A DNA stretch of 63,103 nucleotides, filler included. It is 18 parts of 18 records of this genome, joined end to end, with 100 filler letters (N's around TTAATTAATTAA, not from the genome) between each part and the next. Parts side by side here need not be neighbours in the genome. Positions count along the whole stretch, not along the records: positions 35,947 to 38,154 come from SRR11831580_7009; positions 38,255 to 42,927 come from SRR11831580_7026; positions 43,028 to 46,324 come from SRR11831580_7046; positions 46,425 to 49,044 come from SRR11831580_7103; 14 more parts are not named here. One strand, written 5' to 3'. A model generated the notes under the pieces. That model worked only from the letters and a program-made list of their open reading frames with translations, did not search any database and was not told where the DNA came from. This document shows positions 37,038 through 48,232 of the stretch, in pieces (position 1 is the stretch's first letter; each line of letters opens with the position of its first letter). Made by a program: the position numbers and the translations under genes.

Positions 37038-37993
37038 AGCTGAGCGGTAAAGAACTGAGCGCCGTCGCGAAGAGCCTCGTCGGCGGTTTTCATCATCCGT
37101 GAATAATGCAAAAAGGCGTGCAGCGTGCCTGGGTAGAGTTTGAACTCACAGGGCTGCTGATGCGCCGCTAACGTCTGGTAAAGCAGACGGCTGTCATCCA
37201 GCAGCGGATCGAACTCCGCCCCGGCAATAAAACAGGGCGGAACTTCGCGAGTGAGATCATTATTAAACAGACAGTAATACGGCGACTCGCGGTCCGCGTC
37301 GTTGCTTAAATATGCCTCTTCGTACATCTGCAAATCCTGTTGCGTTAAGCCATCCCAGACACCGCCCAACAGACGACGAGTCACGGAATCCCGTAATCCG
37401 TAAAGCCCATACCACAGCAAAACGCCCGCAACTTTACCGCAATCGATCTGTTTATCACGCAACCACAACGCACTGGCGAGCGCCAGCATGGCACCTGCGG
37501 AATCACCGGCAAAGCCAATGCGGGACATATTGATTTGATAATCCTCCGCCTGCTGGTGGAAATAACAACAAGCAGCCACAATTTCCTCTATCGCTTGCGG
37601 AAAACGCGCTTCAGGTGAAAGGGTGTAATCAATACCAATCACCGTACATTGGCTGTAGCTTGCCAGCAGGCGCATGATGCGATCGTGGGTATCGAGATTG
37701 CCGAGAATAAAACCGCCTCCATGCAAATAAAATAGCGTCGCTGGGCTATCTGGCTGCGGACAAAAGAGACGTGTTTCCACCTGCCCATATTTTGTTGGAA
37801 CCATGTAAGCTCTGGTTGCCATTTCTGGAGCGCCCGCATTCCAGAATCGGCGCTCAAGCGTGTAATACTGTCGTTGCTCAGCAATCGTTCCCGTTGCGGG
37901 CCAGGGCGGTAAATCCGGCTGAAGAGTATTCACAACGGTCTTCATTTCAGCAGAAATAAGGTCCAGAACAGGTAGTTTGTTTTCCGGCTTCAT
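37034..37993 (-). CDS. aes: acetyl esterase
   Basis: HGGG and GDSAG HSL-family motifs, 319 aa. Confidence 0.97.
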
Positions 37994-38144
37994 ACAAAAA
38001 CTCCTTTCAAATTACGTCATTGTAAGGAACCACTGCCATGAAAATGCGATCCCGCCTGCTGATATTGAAACTGGCTGCGTCTCGCGCGCTCCCGTCAGAT
38101 TGTGTTAACATTCGCCGCTCAGTTAACCACCCGTAAAAACAACC

Positions 38145-38154
38145 ATGAAATTTC
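38145..38154 (+). CDS. gsk: start of inosine/guanosine kinase (3 codons only)
   Basis: ATG AAA TTT at contig end, divergent from aes; call rests on synteny. Confidence 0.5.
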
Positions 38155-38344
38155 NNNNNNNNNNNNNNNNNNNNNNNNNNNNNNNNNNNNNNNNNNNNTT
38201 AATTAATTAANNNNNNNNNNNNNNNNNNNNNNNNNNNNNNNNNNNNNNNNNNNNTTCCTGCAACTCGAATTATTTAGAGTATGAAAAATTGCGTGCTCTA
38301 AAAGCGCGCTGAAACAAGGGCAGGTTTCCCTGCCCTGTGATTTT

Positions 38345-39508
38345 TTACTTCTTAGCGCGCTCTTCGAGCATCGCTACTGCAGGCAGTACTTTACCTTCCA
38401 CGAATTCGAGGAATGCGCCGCCGCCAGTGGAGATGTAGGAGATTTTGTCAGCAATGCCGAACAGGTCGATTGCTGCCAGAGTGTCGCCGCCGCCAGCGAT
38501 GGAGAACGCTTCGCTGTCTGCGATAGCGTTAGCCACGATTTCAGTACCTTTGCGGAAGTTCGGGAATTCGAACACGCCAACCGGACCGTTCCACAGAATG
38601 GTTTTCGCATTCTTCAGGATTTCAGCCAGTTCCTGAGCGGAAGCATCACCGATATCCAGGATCTGCTCGTCAGCTTTCACATCGTTAACAGATTTCAGGG
38701 TAGCCGGTGCAGTTTCAGAGAACTCGGTTGCTACGCGAACATCAGACGGAACCGGGATGTTGCAGGTGGTCAGCAGACGTTTAGCTTCGTCAACCAGGTC
38801 AGCTTCGTACAGGGATTTACCCACATCGTGGCCTTGTGCCGCGATAAAGGTGTTAGCGATACCACCACCAACAATCAGCTGGTCAGCGATTTTAGACAGG
38901 GAGTCCAGAACGGTCAGTTTGGTAGATACTTTAGAACCACCAACGATAGCCACCATCGGGCGAGCAGGTTCTTTCAGTGCTTTACCCAGCGCGTCCAGTT
39001 CAGCTGCCAGCAGCGGGCCTGCGCACGCAACGTCAGCGAATTTACCGATACCGTGAGTAGAAGCCTGCGCGCGGTGAGCAGTACCGAATGCGTCCATTAC
39101 GAACACGTCACACAGTGCAGCGTATTTTTTGGACAGGGTTTCGTCGTCTTTCTTCTCGCCTTTGTTGAAGCGAACGTTTTCCAGAACAACCAGTTCACCT
39201 TCAGCAACGTCAACGCCGTCGAGGTAATCTTTAACCAGACGAACCGGGTTAGACAGTTTGTCTTTCAGGTAGTTAACAACCGGCAGCAGAGAGAATTCTT
39301 CGTTGTACTCGCCTTCGGTAGGACGACCCAGGTGGGAAGTTACCATCACTTTTGCGCCTTGTTTCAGGGCCAGTTCGATGGTCGGCAGAGAAGCACGGAT
39401 ACGCGCGTCGCTGGTTACTTTCCCGTCTTTTACTGGTACGTTCAGATCCGCACGGATAAATACACGTTTCCCAGCAAGATCCAGATCGGTCATCTTAATT
39501 ACAGACAT
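38345..39508 (-). CDS. pgk: phosphoglycerate kinase
   Basis: [31 protein letters not shown]; 387 aa. Confidence 0.99.
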
Positions 39509-39557
39509 GGTGAATCCTCTCGTTGATTCTAAAAGTTTTGCAGACGCTGCTTGCGTC

Positions 39558-40577
39558 TTACCTGAAAGCAACAGTAGCCATAGCTAACGTCGTGTCGAGC
39601 ATTCGGTTAGCAAAGCCCCATTCGTTATCGCACCAGACCAACGTTTTGATCAGGTGTGCGCCACTGACCCGGGTTTGGGTGCCATCGACAATGGCACTGT
39701 GCGGATCGTGGTTAAAATCTACAGAGACCAACGGCAATTCCGTATAGTCAACTATACCATGAAATGCACCTTGTGCTGCTTTTTGCAGCAACAGGTTGAC
39801 TTCATTGGCTTTTACAGGTTTCTTCACCGTCACGCTTAAATCGATTGCCGTCACATTTATGGTTGGCACACGTACCGCAATCGCTTCAAAGCGATCGTTA
39901 AATTGCGGAAAAAATCGTGTGATACCGGCGGCCAGTTTAGTATCGACCGGAATGATCGACTGGCTGGCTGCCCGGGTGCGACGCAGGTCAGGATGGTATG
40001 CATCAATAACCTGTTGATCGTGCATGGCGGAGTGAATTGTGGTCACAGTGCCGGACTCAATACCGTACGCATCATCTAACAATTTGATGACGGGAATTAT
40101 GCAATTCGTGGTACAGGAAGCGTTAGAAACGATGCGGTGTTCCGCACGAAGTTGATCCTGATTGACGCCGTAAACAACGGTCGCGTCGAGATCGTTACTG
40201 CCAGGATGTGAAAAGAGCACTTTTTTGGCCCCGGCGGCAATATGCGCTTCGCCATGCTCGCGGGAGCCATATACGCCGGTGCAGTCGAGGACTACATCAA
40301 CGCCAAGTTCACGCCAGGGGAGCGATTGCAGTGAACGTTCATGCAATACGCGGATGGCGTCATCACCAACAAAAAGTTGATCGCGTTCCTGTCGTACTTC
40401 CCATGCAAAACGGCCATGGCTGGTGTCATATTTCAACAAATGCGCCATGCCCGCAGCATCCGCCAGTTCGTTGATTGCCACCACGGTAATTTCCGCCCGG
40501 CGTCCGGATTCATACAAAGCACGAACCACATTACGCCCGATGCGACCGAAGCCATTTATCGCTACGCGTACGGTCAT
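39558..40577 (-). CDS. epd: erythrose-4-phosphate dehydrogenase
   Basis: [30 protein letters not shown]; 339 aa. Confidence 0.97.
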
Positions 40578-40699
40578 AGATCTCCTGCAAGGTTTTCCCT
40601 GAGCAAATTTGCCAGACAGAGTAATCCAGCAAATCGTCCGGGGAAACCTTACCTGTCGCAAACTGCGACTGATTGGTTAATTGTCGAACATTTAATCGA

Positions 40700-40790
40700 C
40701 TGAAACGCTTCAGCTAGGATAAGCGAAACGTGGAATAAAAGGAATGTTTGTCCAGCCGAAGAAGACATTTATCTGACTCACATCACACTT
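40700..40790. promoter_or_regulatory. Cra-like and CRP-like sites upstream of epd
   Basis: CTGAAACGCTTCAG (40700-40713) and minus-strand TGTGA-TGTGAG-TCAGA (about 40772-40787). Confidence 0.65.
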
Positions 40791-40861
40791 TTATCCCCTT
40801 TTGTGGGAAGCTTTATTCCAGGCTGGCGTAATAATAACCCTACAATAACTGGAATAAATTG

Positions 40862-41575
40862 TCAGCTTGTGAAGTGATACCGGCCTTCTTCAGTCATCTC
40901 TACTATCAGATTGGCCTGACGGCTATTCATCAGCACACGCTCGACATTGGGGCCATCGGTGCGGGCATAAAATGCTTCGGCTACTTGCCGCGTTAATCCT
41001 CCCGCAATTTTACGACTAATCAAGCGCTCCCGCAGAATTTGAGCAGGTGCATGAATAAAAATAGAAAAATCGCAGAAAGATGCCAACTCCAGCCACTTTT
41101 CATCATCCAGTAACAACCAGTTTCCTTCGACGATGACGAGTGGTGCGGTAACGTGCAACGCATCTTCAACAGGATCATGCTTTTGTCGATCGTACTGCGG
41201 CCACGTACAATCCCCTTCCACGACCTGGCGCAGATTTTCCGTCAGTTTCGCAACGTCAAATGTCTCTGGTGCGCCTTTGAAGGGGCGCAATTGATGCGCA
41301 TCCAGCCAGCTATTGTAATGGTGAAAACCATCCATCGGGAGCGTCTGAATAGCGGGCAGTTCCGGGTCTTGTTGCGCGAGATATTCCCAGAAGGTGGTTA
41401 GGGTTGATTTACCCGTCCCCGGCGGAGCGCAAAGAAAAACCACCGTACGCCGCTGCGGATTTACCGTCTGTAAGGCCGCCAACATGTGCAGCAACGGTTT
41501 ATGTACATTTTCAATCTCTTCGTTCTGGTACTGTGCCTGTATCTTCAGCCCATTCACCGTTAATTCAATTTTCAC
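40862..41575 (-). CDS. yggC: P-loop kinase-like protein
   Basis: APPGTGKS, MDGFH, PFKGAPETFD. Confidence 0.9.
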   Translation of the reverse strand: MKIELTVNGLKIQAQYQNEEIENVHKPLLHMLAALQTVNPQRRTVVFLCAPPGTGKSTLTTFWEYLAQQDPELPAIQTLPMDGFHHYNSWLDAHQLRPFKGAPETFDVAKLTENLRQVVEGDCTWPQYDRQKHDPVEDALHVTAPLVIVEGNWLLLDDEKWLELASFCDFSIFIHAPAQILRERLISRKIAGGLTRQVAEAFYARTDGPNVERVLMNSRQANLIVEMTEEGRYHFTS

Positions 41576-42081
41576 GGCGTTAATTCCTTTAAGGTGGTCG
41601 TTACTGCCAGCGTCAGCGCCGTTTTGACCATTCCGCTAAAACGCGCCTCTGACCAGACGGAGAAATCAGCGAACTTCATCGCTTTTAACGCGTCATAGAG
41701 CATCGCATTGCGGGTTATGCTATTGACGTTGCTGATAAAATCCCAGGTCATGTCATCGGCAAATCCGGGCGTTTCATCCTGTTCGTTCAGGTAATGCCAG
41801 AACTGGGAAAAATGCGTGATATCGGCGTACAACCATTTATCCATTTTCCCCAACGCATAAATCAAACGCAGTGCAACATCAATATCGTCAAGCGGGCCGC
41901 TTTGGGCGAGTAACGGCTTCACTGCATATTCCACGATCTCTTCATCGTTATCGACAAACAGCGACGGCAGAAACTGGCGTATCCCCTGGAGCAAAATGGT
42001 ATGCGCAGTTTTCATAAATGAAAATAAATTGTCCTGTGCATCCAGTTGCTCAAGCACATCATCTTCTGTCAGCGTCGCCAT
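41572..42081 (-). CDS. fumE: MtlR-like protein / fumarase E (YggD)
   Basis: 169 aa, MATLTEDDVLEQLDAQ; synteny yggF-yggD-yggC. Confidence 0.88.
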   Translation of the reverse strand: MATLTEDDVLEQLDAQDNLFSFMKTAHTILLQGIRQFLPSLFVDNDEEIVEYAVKPLLAQSGPLDDIDVALRLIYALGKMDKWLYADITHFSQFWHYLNEQDETPGFADDMTWDFISNVNSITRNAMLYDALKAMKFADFSVWSEARFSGMVKTALTLAVTTTLKELTP

Positions 42082-42102
42082 TGGTCTTCCGATAGATCAC
42101 CA

Positions 42103-42927
42103 TCAATGCAGGGAGTCTATTATATTACACGTTTGGTCCGCGCCGCCGATCAGTAATGTCTGCGTCCGCACCCCATTCGCCGTCTGTTGGATACCGTTCA
42201 CCAGCTCACCGCCCGTCACGCCCGTAGCGCTAAAGAGGATATCGTTCCCCCTCACCAGTTCATCGAGCGAGTACACACGGTTAACGTCAACGCCCATTGC
42301 CTTGCAACGCTTGCGCTCCTGCTCTGCAATCTGCCGATTTTCCGTGTAATCCCCTTTAGCCTGGCAAAAGTCAATCAGCTCGGCCTGCATATCCCCGCCT
42401 AATGCTTTAACGGCACAGGCAGAAATCACGCCTTCTGGCGCACCGCCGATGGTGTACATCACATCGTAAGGATTATCCTGCCAGCAGGTCAGCACGCTGG
42501 CGGCGACATCGCCATCCGGCAGGGCAAAAACCTTCACGCCCAGCTGTGTTGCTTCCTCAATCGCGGCACTCAGGCGCGGTTTATCCAGCGTAACCATGCG
42601 CAGCTTATCCAGCGGTTTGCCTAACGCTTTCGCCACGTTGCGCAGGTTGTCCGTCAGAGGCAAAGACAGATCAATCGCGCCCGCCGCCAGCCGATTAACA
42701 ACCAGCTTTTTCATATACATATCGGGCGCATGTAACAGGCTATCTCGAGGGGCGAAAGCCATGACCGCCAGCGCATTGCTCTGCCCCATCGCCACCATCC
42801 GCGTGCCTTCAATGGGATCAACCGCGATATCGACTTCTGGCCCATCGCCTTTGCCCACCTCTTCGCCAATCCACAGCATCGGCGCATGGTCAATTTCTCC
42901 TTCGCCGATAACCACTCGTCCACGAAA
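42103..42927 (-). CDS. yggF: class II fructose-1,6-bisphosphatase (3' part)
   Basis: VIGEGE, DPIEGT, GGAPEGV GlpX-family motifs. Confidence 0.92.
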   Translation of the reverse strand, partial: FRGRVVIGEGEIDHAPMLWIGEEVGKGDGPEVDIAVDPIEGTRMVAMGQSNALAVMAFAPRDSLLHAPDMYMKKLVVNRLAAGAIDLSLPLTDNLRNVAKALGKPLDKLRMVTLDKPRLSAAIEEATQLGVKVFALPDGDVAASVLTCWQDNPYDVMYTIGGAPEGVISACAVKALGGDMQAELIDFCQAKGDYTENRQIAEQERKRCKAMGVDVNRVYSLDELVRGNDILFSATGVTGGELVNGIQQTANGVRTQTLLIGGADQTCNIIDSLH

Positions 42928-43027
42928 NNNNNNNNNNNNNNNNNNNNNNNNNNNNNNNNNNNNNNNNNNNNTTAATTAATTAANNNNNNNNNNNNNNNNN
43001 NNNNNNNNNNNNNNNNNNNNNNNNNNN

Positions 43028-45408
43028 TGCACTGCATAGCCCTCGGTTGCGGCGATGGCCAACAGAGCACGCACGGAGATGAACTTGACGACGGGCGCAA
43101 AGGTCTCATCGAAGTCGATGCCAGGGATCTGAGAGAATCCCTTAGCGACCAGGCGAGCCTTGTAGCGAGAGATGAGTCCGTCAGGGCCCCTCTTCGTCTT
43201 GAAGACAAAGCGACACTTGATGGCCTTGTGTCCACGCGGCAGCTCCACCAACTCGTAGACGTCATGTGCACGCATGCTGGCCAGCTCCTCTTGCACAGCA
43301 GACTCCCACTGAGCCGCATCGGGGCGCTTGCGAGCCTCCTCCAGAGTTGCAGGATCAGAGTGCTCCACAGTGGCAGCAACATGAGCGCTGTTGGATCCAC
43401 GCACTGGTGTTGATGGTGCAGAGGTGGATGGTGGCGGCAGCGTGATGACGAAGGGTTGAAGGTTGGAGTTGGTGTCATCAGGGTCGGTCTCAGGCCCGTA
43501 GATGGCCTGCGGCGGCGTAGGCGGCGTTGGAGATGATGCGTCCACCGCGGGCGCAGATCCAGGTGCTGATGGTGACGCGTCCACCGCGGGCGCAGGTCCA
43601 AAGGTGGCGACCAGAGGCACAGACACACCGGTGTCGAGCGGAGCTCCCACTGAAGCAGTAGCAGGGCTGGTGGCCTCGTCGAAGATGACGTCGCGGCTGG
43701 TGATGATGCGGCGAGTCTCTGGGTCATAGAGACGGTACGTGCCCTCAGCAGCATCCTCCGCGTACCCAAGGAACGTGCAGGCGCGGGACTTGGCGTCAAA
43801 CTTGCGCAGTGAGGCACCAGAGAGCAAGACCCACGCACGACAACCAAAGACACGCAGGAAGGAGACATCAGGCTTCGCACCGGTCAGGCGTTCGAACGGA
43901 GAGGCGCCACCAAGAGCTGCGTGGCTGCAGCGGTTCTTGATGAAGACGGCGGTCATCACGGCATAGGGCCAGAAGCGGCGATCCACAGAGCGAGCGTGCA
44001 TCATCGCGCGTGCCATCTCTCCCACCGTGCGGTTGAAGCGCTCCGCGAGGCCGTTCTGCTGCGGTGTGTGCGGTGCGCTGTGTTGATGGGCGATGCCGTT
44101 GCGAGTGAGGAAGTCGACAAACTCGGCCGAGCTGTACTCCCCACCGAAGTCGGACCTCAAGGCTTTGACGGGCCGGCTGTGCTGTCGCGAGGCCATGGCG
44201 CAGAAGCGTTGGAATGCATCGAGCACACCAGACTTCTCACGCAGCATAGTGATCCATGCGAAGCGGGTGCAGTCATCGATGAAGGAGACCGCAAAGCGAA
44301 AGCCTTGGTTGGACGCAGGGGTGATGGGGCCCACCACGTCCGAGTGCACCAGTTGAAACGGCTCGCTCACTTGCTTGTGGTTGGTGCTGTTGATGGGCGC
44401 AGAGTGTTGCTTGCCCTGGGCGCATCCCTCGCAGAAGGAGAGAGGGCCGTCGCTGGGAGCCAGTTGGAGACCAGACACAGTTGAGGCGGTCTGCATGTGT
44501 TGGATGGCCTTCGGCGCAATGTGGCCTAGGCGTTCGTGCCACAAGGACAGAGTTGCGTCAGGTTGCACGGGTGCGACGGTAGCATGAGCCTCAGGCGCGG
44601 ACGTAGAGGCGGTGAAGAGGTAGGCATTCCCCTGTCGAGAGGCCACAAGCGCAACGACATCAGGGCGCGTCTTGGGGCGGAATGTGCAGGCGGATGCGTC
44701 GAACTGCACTGAGTAGCCGAGTGAGGCTGCGCGCGGCACCGAGAAGAGGTTGCGCGTGAGCTGCGGAACGTGAAGCACGTTGTCCAGCGTGAGGTGGCCC
44801 CCAGAGGCGAGGCTGAGGAGGATAGTCCCCTCGCCGATAGCGCTGATGGAGGTGCCGTTGCCGATGGTGACACCGCGGGGCTCGGCACTGCGGTAGTGCG
44901 CGAAGGCGGCACGGTCCATGCACATGTGATGCGTGGCCCCAGAGTCAATCAGCCAGTCGCGATCGCACGGAGCGGATGCGGCCAGGGCTGATGGGTCCGT
45001 TGTTGGTGATGAGTGCGCAGGCGCGCTGGCAGTGGGTGTTGAGGCCATGCAGTGGAGGCACGGGCGCAGCAGCACTGAGGCACTGCAAAGGCGGAGTGGA
45101 TGAAGACTGGCAGTCTGCGTGCAGTGATAACACTGCAGAGGCATCTGAGACGGCAGACACCCGCGAGCCGTGTACCGTGTGTCCCGGACACGAGGCGGCC
45201 TTGCCAGTGCATACGAACCTCCCCCCATCACGGGAACTGCACCCGGAGGTGCAATGGGGTTCATGGCAAGAACACATGGGTTGAACCACGTCGAAGGCAG
45301 CACTGACTGTGGGCCCTCCGTCGGCACAGCCCTTAGGCATACGTCCACCAGGCCCCAGACGTTTGCAGACGCCCCAGCCGTTGCGGCCAGTAACGTCGAT
45401 CTCCCCAC
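43028..45408 (-). CDS. copia Pol (protease, gag-pre-integrase, integrase, SH3, RT N-terminus)
   Basis: WLIDSGATHHM, LWHERLGH..CEGC, HSDVVG..LRSDFGGEY..PQQNGLAER, LRVFGC, YKARLVAKGFSQIPGIDFDETFAPV. Confidence 0.93.
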
Positions 45409-46312
45409 CTGATGCAGGTCCGAGTGCGGTGAAGGCCCAGGGATCCACAGTTGGCGATGAGGCGATGTGAGCGCGAGCCTGCGGAGGCGTCGTCTTGGAA
45501 GCCGCGTTGAGCGACTTGAGCTTCTTGCACTCGTCCGTTGAGTGAGTGCTCACCTTGTGGAAGGTGCACCACTTGGCCGTTGACGCGGGCGTAGACGATG
45601 AGCGAGATGAGGCAGGCGTGCGAGGCGCGCGGTTGTTGTTGCGGCGCTTGCCTGGCGTGAACGCCACGGAGGCGTTGAGGGCAGAGTCCATCCCCACGCG
45701 TTGCTGATACTGAAGGAGCTGCGGCACAAGGTAGTCCTCGGACAGGTTGTCACGCACAGAGAGAGCAGTAACAAGAGAGGACCACGATGAAGGCAAACTC
45801 ATCAACAGTTTGAAGCAGAACTCAGAATCAGACACAGGGATACCGGCTTCCACGAGACGATCGCGCTGATGCTTCACAAGGTTGACGAAGTCGAGGACGT
45901 TGTCAGTCTCCATGCGAAGAGAGGACCAGGTCTGGCGGAGCAGCATAGTGCTGACAGTGGTCTGAGCCGCGTAGGTGGTCTGCAGACGTGACCACAGAGC
46001 ACGACCAGAGGTGACGGAGGAGGCAAAAGAGGAGAGCAGAGGATCGGACAAATGAGAAGCGATCACTGCGTACGCCTTAAGCGAGCGGGCCTCATCGATA
46101 GGCGCAGGCTTGTCAGACTCCTCCGAGGTGGTCGGCTGTTGACTCTTCGAGGCTGGGGTACTAGTGTCCACCACGGTCCACAGGTCAAGCGTGATGAGCA
46201 GCAGGCGCATGCGCGTAGCCCACAGCGTGTAGTTCTCGCCGTTGAACTTGGGCACCTGAAGCGCAGAGGTGGACACGCTGGCCGGAGAGGTGGACAGGCT
46301 AGCTTGGCTCAT
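44945..46312 (-). CDS. copia Gag (UBN2-type) with CX2HX4HX4C knuckle
   Basis: PKFNGENYTLWATRMRLLL..LW, LW..L...Y, LLMSLPSSW, CTFHKVSTHSTDEC; different frame from pol. Confidence 0.88.
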   Translation of the reverse strand: MSQASLSTSPASVSTSALQVPKFNGENYTLWATRMRLLLITLDLWTVVDTSTPASKSQQPTTSEESDKPAPIDEARSLKAYAVIASHLSDPLLSSFASSVTSGRALWSRLQTTYAAQTTVSTMLLRQTWSSLRMETDNVLDFVNLVKHQRDRLVEAGIPVSDSEFCFKLLMSLPSSWSSLVTALSVRDNLSEDYLVPQLLQYQQRVGMDSALNASVAFTPGKRRNNNRAPRTPASSRSSSTPASTAKWCTFHKVSTHSTDECKKLKSLNAASKTTPPQARAHIASSPTVDPWAFTALGPASGGEIDVTGRNGWGVCKRLGPGGRMPKGCADGGPTVSAAFDVVQPMCSCHEPHCTSGCSSRDGGRFVCTGKAASCPGHTVHGSRVSAVSDASAVLSLHADCQSSSTPPLQCLSAAAPVPPLHGLNTHCQRACALITNNGPISPGRIRSVRSRLAD

Positions 46313-46316
46313 AACC
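46306..46316 (-). other. primer-binding site complementary to the anticodon arm of initiator tRNA-Met
   Basis: GGTTATGAGCC immediately after the LTR-terminal CA; contains the gag ATG. Confidence 0.8.
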
Positions 46317-46424
46317 TGTTGAAGNNNNNNNNNNNNNNNNNNNNNNNNNNNNNNNNNNNNNNNNNNNNTTAATTAATTAANNNNNNNNNNNNNNNNNNNN
46401 NNNNNNNNNNNNNNNNNNNNNNNN

Positions 46425-46953
46425 GCATTCCGCTCAGCGTGTCATCATGACTCGGCGTTAATCCGGGGCCTTTACCCAGCCAGTGCCGCCAGTCGGTCTT
46501 AACGCCATTGAGCGCGGCCTGAAAACAGTGACGAAACTGGCGTAACTCAGCAGGCAGCGGATCGCTTGCCGCCAACGCCAGTGGCCCGAAAAGCCCGGTT
46601 TCCTCCGCGCGTTGCATCCATGCAGCTGCAAGTGGTTGAGGATGCGCAGGCGGCGTAATACGCAGCAAACAATAACGCTGTGGCTGTTTAACCGTGAAAC
46701 GCCCGAGGCGAATCCCTTGAGCCACAACCTGTGGTCGTTCATTGCCGCATAATCCACCGCATAACGCATCGAATTGCGCACGGCGAAGCACCCATCCTCC
46801 GGGGCCGAAACCACTACCCTGACGATGCAACGTTAACAGTTCGCCGCTTTCCGTCATCAGGTTAATCGCCCGCCGCCACACTCCCGCTAACCGCCAGGAC
46901 TGGCGATAATTCGGTGCGCTACTACTGGCAAGCAGAGGATGGATGATCGTCAT
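46425..46953 (-). CDS. ylbF: DUF2877 protein (5' part)
   Basis: [14 protein letters not shown]...[12 protein letters not shown]; follows ylbE. Confidence 0.88.
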
Positions 46954-46963
46954 TGCGCGTTCC

Positions 46964-48223
46964 TCAACCAATACCCATGCTTTCAGCCAGTGCTTCCAGC
47001 GCCTGTTCAAAGCACGCCAGCGGTGCCCGCACGGTGCCTGCGCCAATCTGCCCGATCCCCGCCTCTTTATGGGCGATACCGGTATTGATGAGTGGCGTAA
47101 TGCCGGTTTCTACCACGCGACGAATGTCCAGCCCCAGGCACGCGCCCTGAAAATCCCAGCTTGGGATCTGCAACTGCATATTGCGTTCAAGGTAAATTTC
47201 CGCCATCTCTTCAGATACCGCTCTTGCCGCTTCCATGCCACCCGCACCGACAAAGCGCGTTACGCCAGGCGCTGCGATCATTGCCGCACCTCCGATACCA
47301 AAGGTTTCGGTAATCGCGCTATCGCCCATATCCGGGTTCGCCTGCTCCTGCGAGAAGCCGGTGAAAAACAGACCTTGCGGAGTGTTTACAGGCGCAGTAA
47401 ACCAGCGTTCGCCCAGCCCGCTTACCCGAATCCCGAACATATTGCCGTTGCGGGTCATTGCCGTGACGATGCTGCCTGCGCGGATCATCGCGCCAGCATC
47501 CATCGCCGCCTTGCAGTAAGCCATCGCGAGGTTGAGGAAGAACTGATCGGTCACGCTGAGGAAATCCATCACTTCGGCGATGTGCTGTTTATCATGATCG
47601 AGGCGAGCAATTTGTGGGGCCAGCGCACGCATTAACAGTGCAGAGGAAGCAATATTGCGTTGATGGAACTCATCGCCCATCGTAATGCCCTGCGCCATCA
47701 TCGCCGTGAGATCGATACCGCGCTCCATGCGCCCCAGCGCCGCGCTTAATACTGGCATTAACACATCGCGCATCCAGCGATGGCGAGTCAGGACATCTTC
47801 GCCGTAAGCGCCAAAACGCATCACTTTGCCGATACCTTCGTTGAGGTTGCAGTACGCCCGGTTGCCGTCGGTCACGTTCTCAACCACCAGCATCGGCATA
47901 CTGGCAGAAGTAATACCGCCCATTGGCCCGACGGCATTCACATGGTGACAAGGAATGAAGTTCACTTCCCCCTGCTCCAGTATTGCCAGCGCCTGCGCTT
48001 CATCTTTCGCCCAACCTTCGAACAGACATGCGCCCACGCACGCCCCTTTCATGGGTCCGGTCATCTCCTGCCAGCGCATTGGCGGCCCGGCGTGAAGCAG
48101 TGTTTTGCCCTCGTTTAGTTCGCTGATAAGTGAAGAAGCCGGTTGCACATCCAGCCAGTGTGGACGAGCGCGACGAATTTGTTCGATAACCGCAGCATTG
48201 GCTTGCGCCACTGATGTAAACAT
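46964..48223 (-). CDS. ylbE: DUF1116 protein of the allantoin cluster
   Basis: 419 aa intact, [25 protein letters not shown]. Confidence 0.92.
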
Positions 48224-48232
48224 GGGAACCCC

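Larger units (their letters stand above)
43028..46324 (-). mobile_element. Ty1/copia LTR retrotransposon, 5' part (LTR end, PBS, gag, PR, INT, start of RT)
   Basis: Domain order gag-protease-integrase-RT is diagnostic of copia; minus strand begins ...TTCAACA|GGTTATGAGCC. Confidence 0.96.

Noticed and set aside
42972..43880. 302-aa alternative-frame ORF within copia pol
   Set aside because: Overlaps conserved INT/RT coding in a GC-rich region where stops are scarce; no recognisable motifs
45332..45338. Ty1 +1 frameshift heptamer CTTAGGC inside the gag/pol overlap
   Set aside because: It is on the plus strand, antisense to the element, so it cannot act in gag-pol translation
46964..48223. Intact ylbE as unusual for K-12
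   Set aside because: The intact 419-aa form is the normal state; as I recall, the older split annotation reflected a reference sequence error
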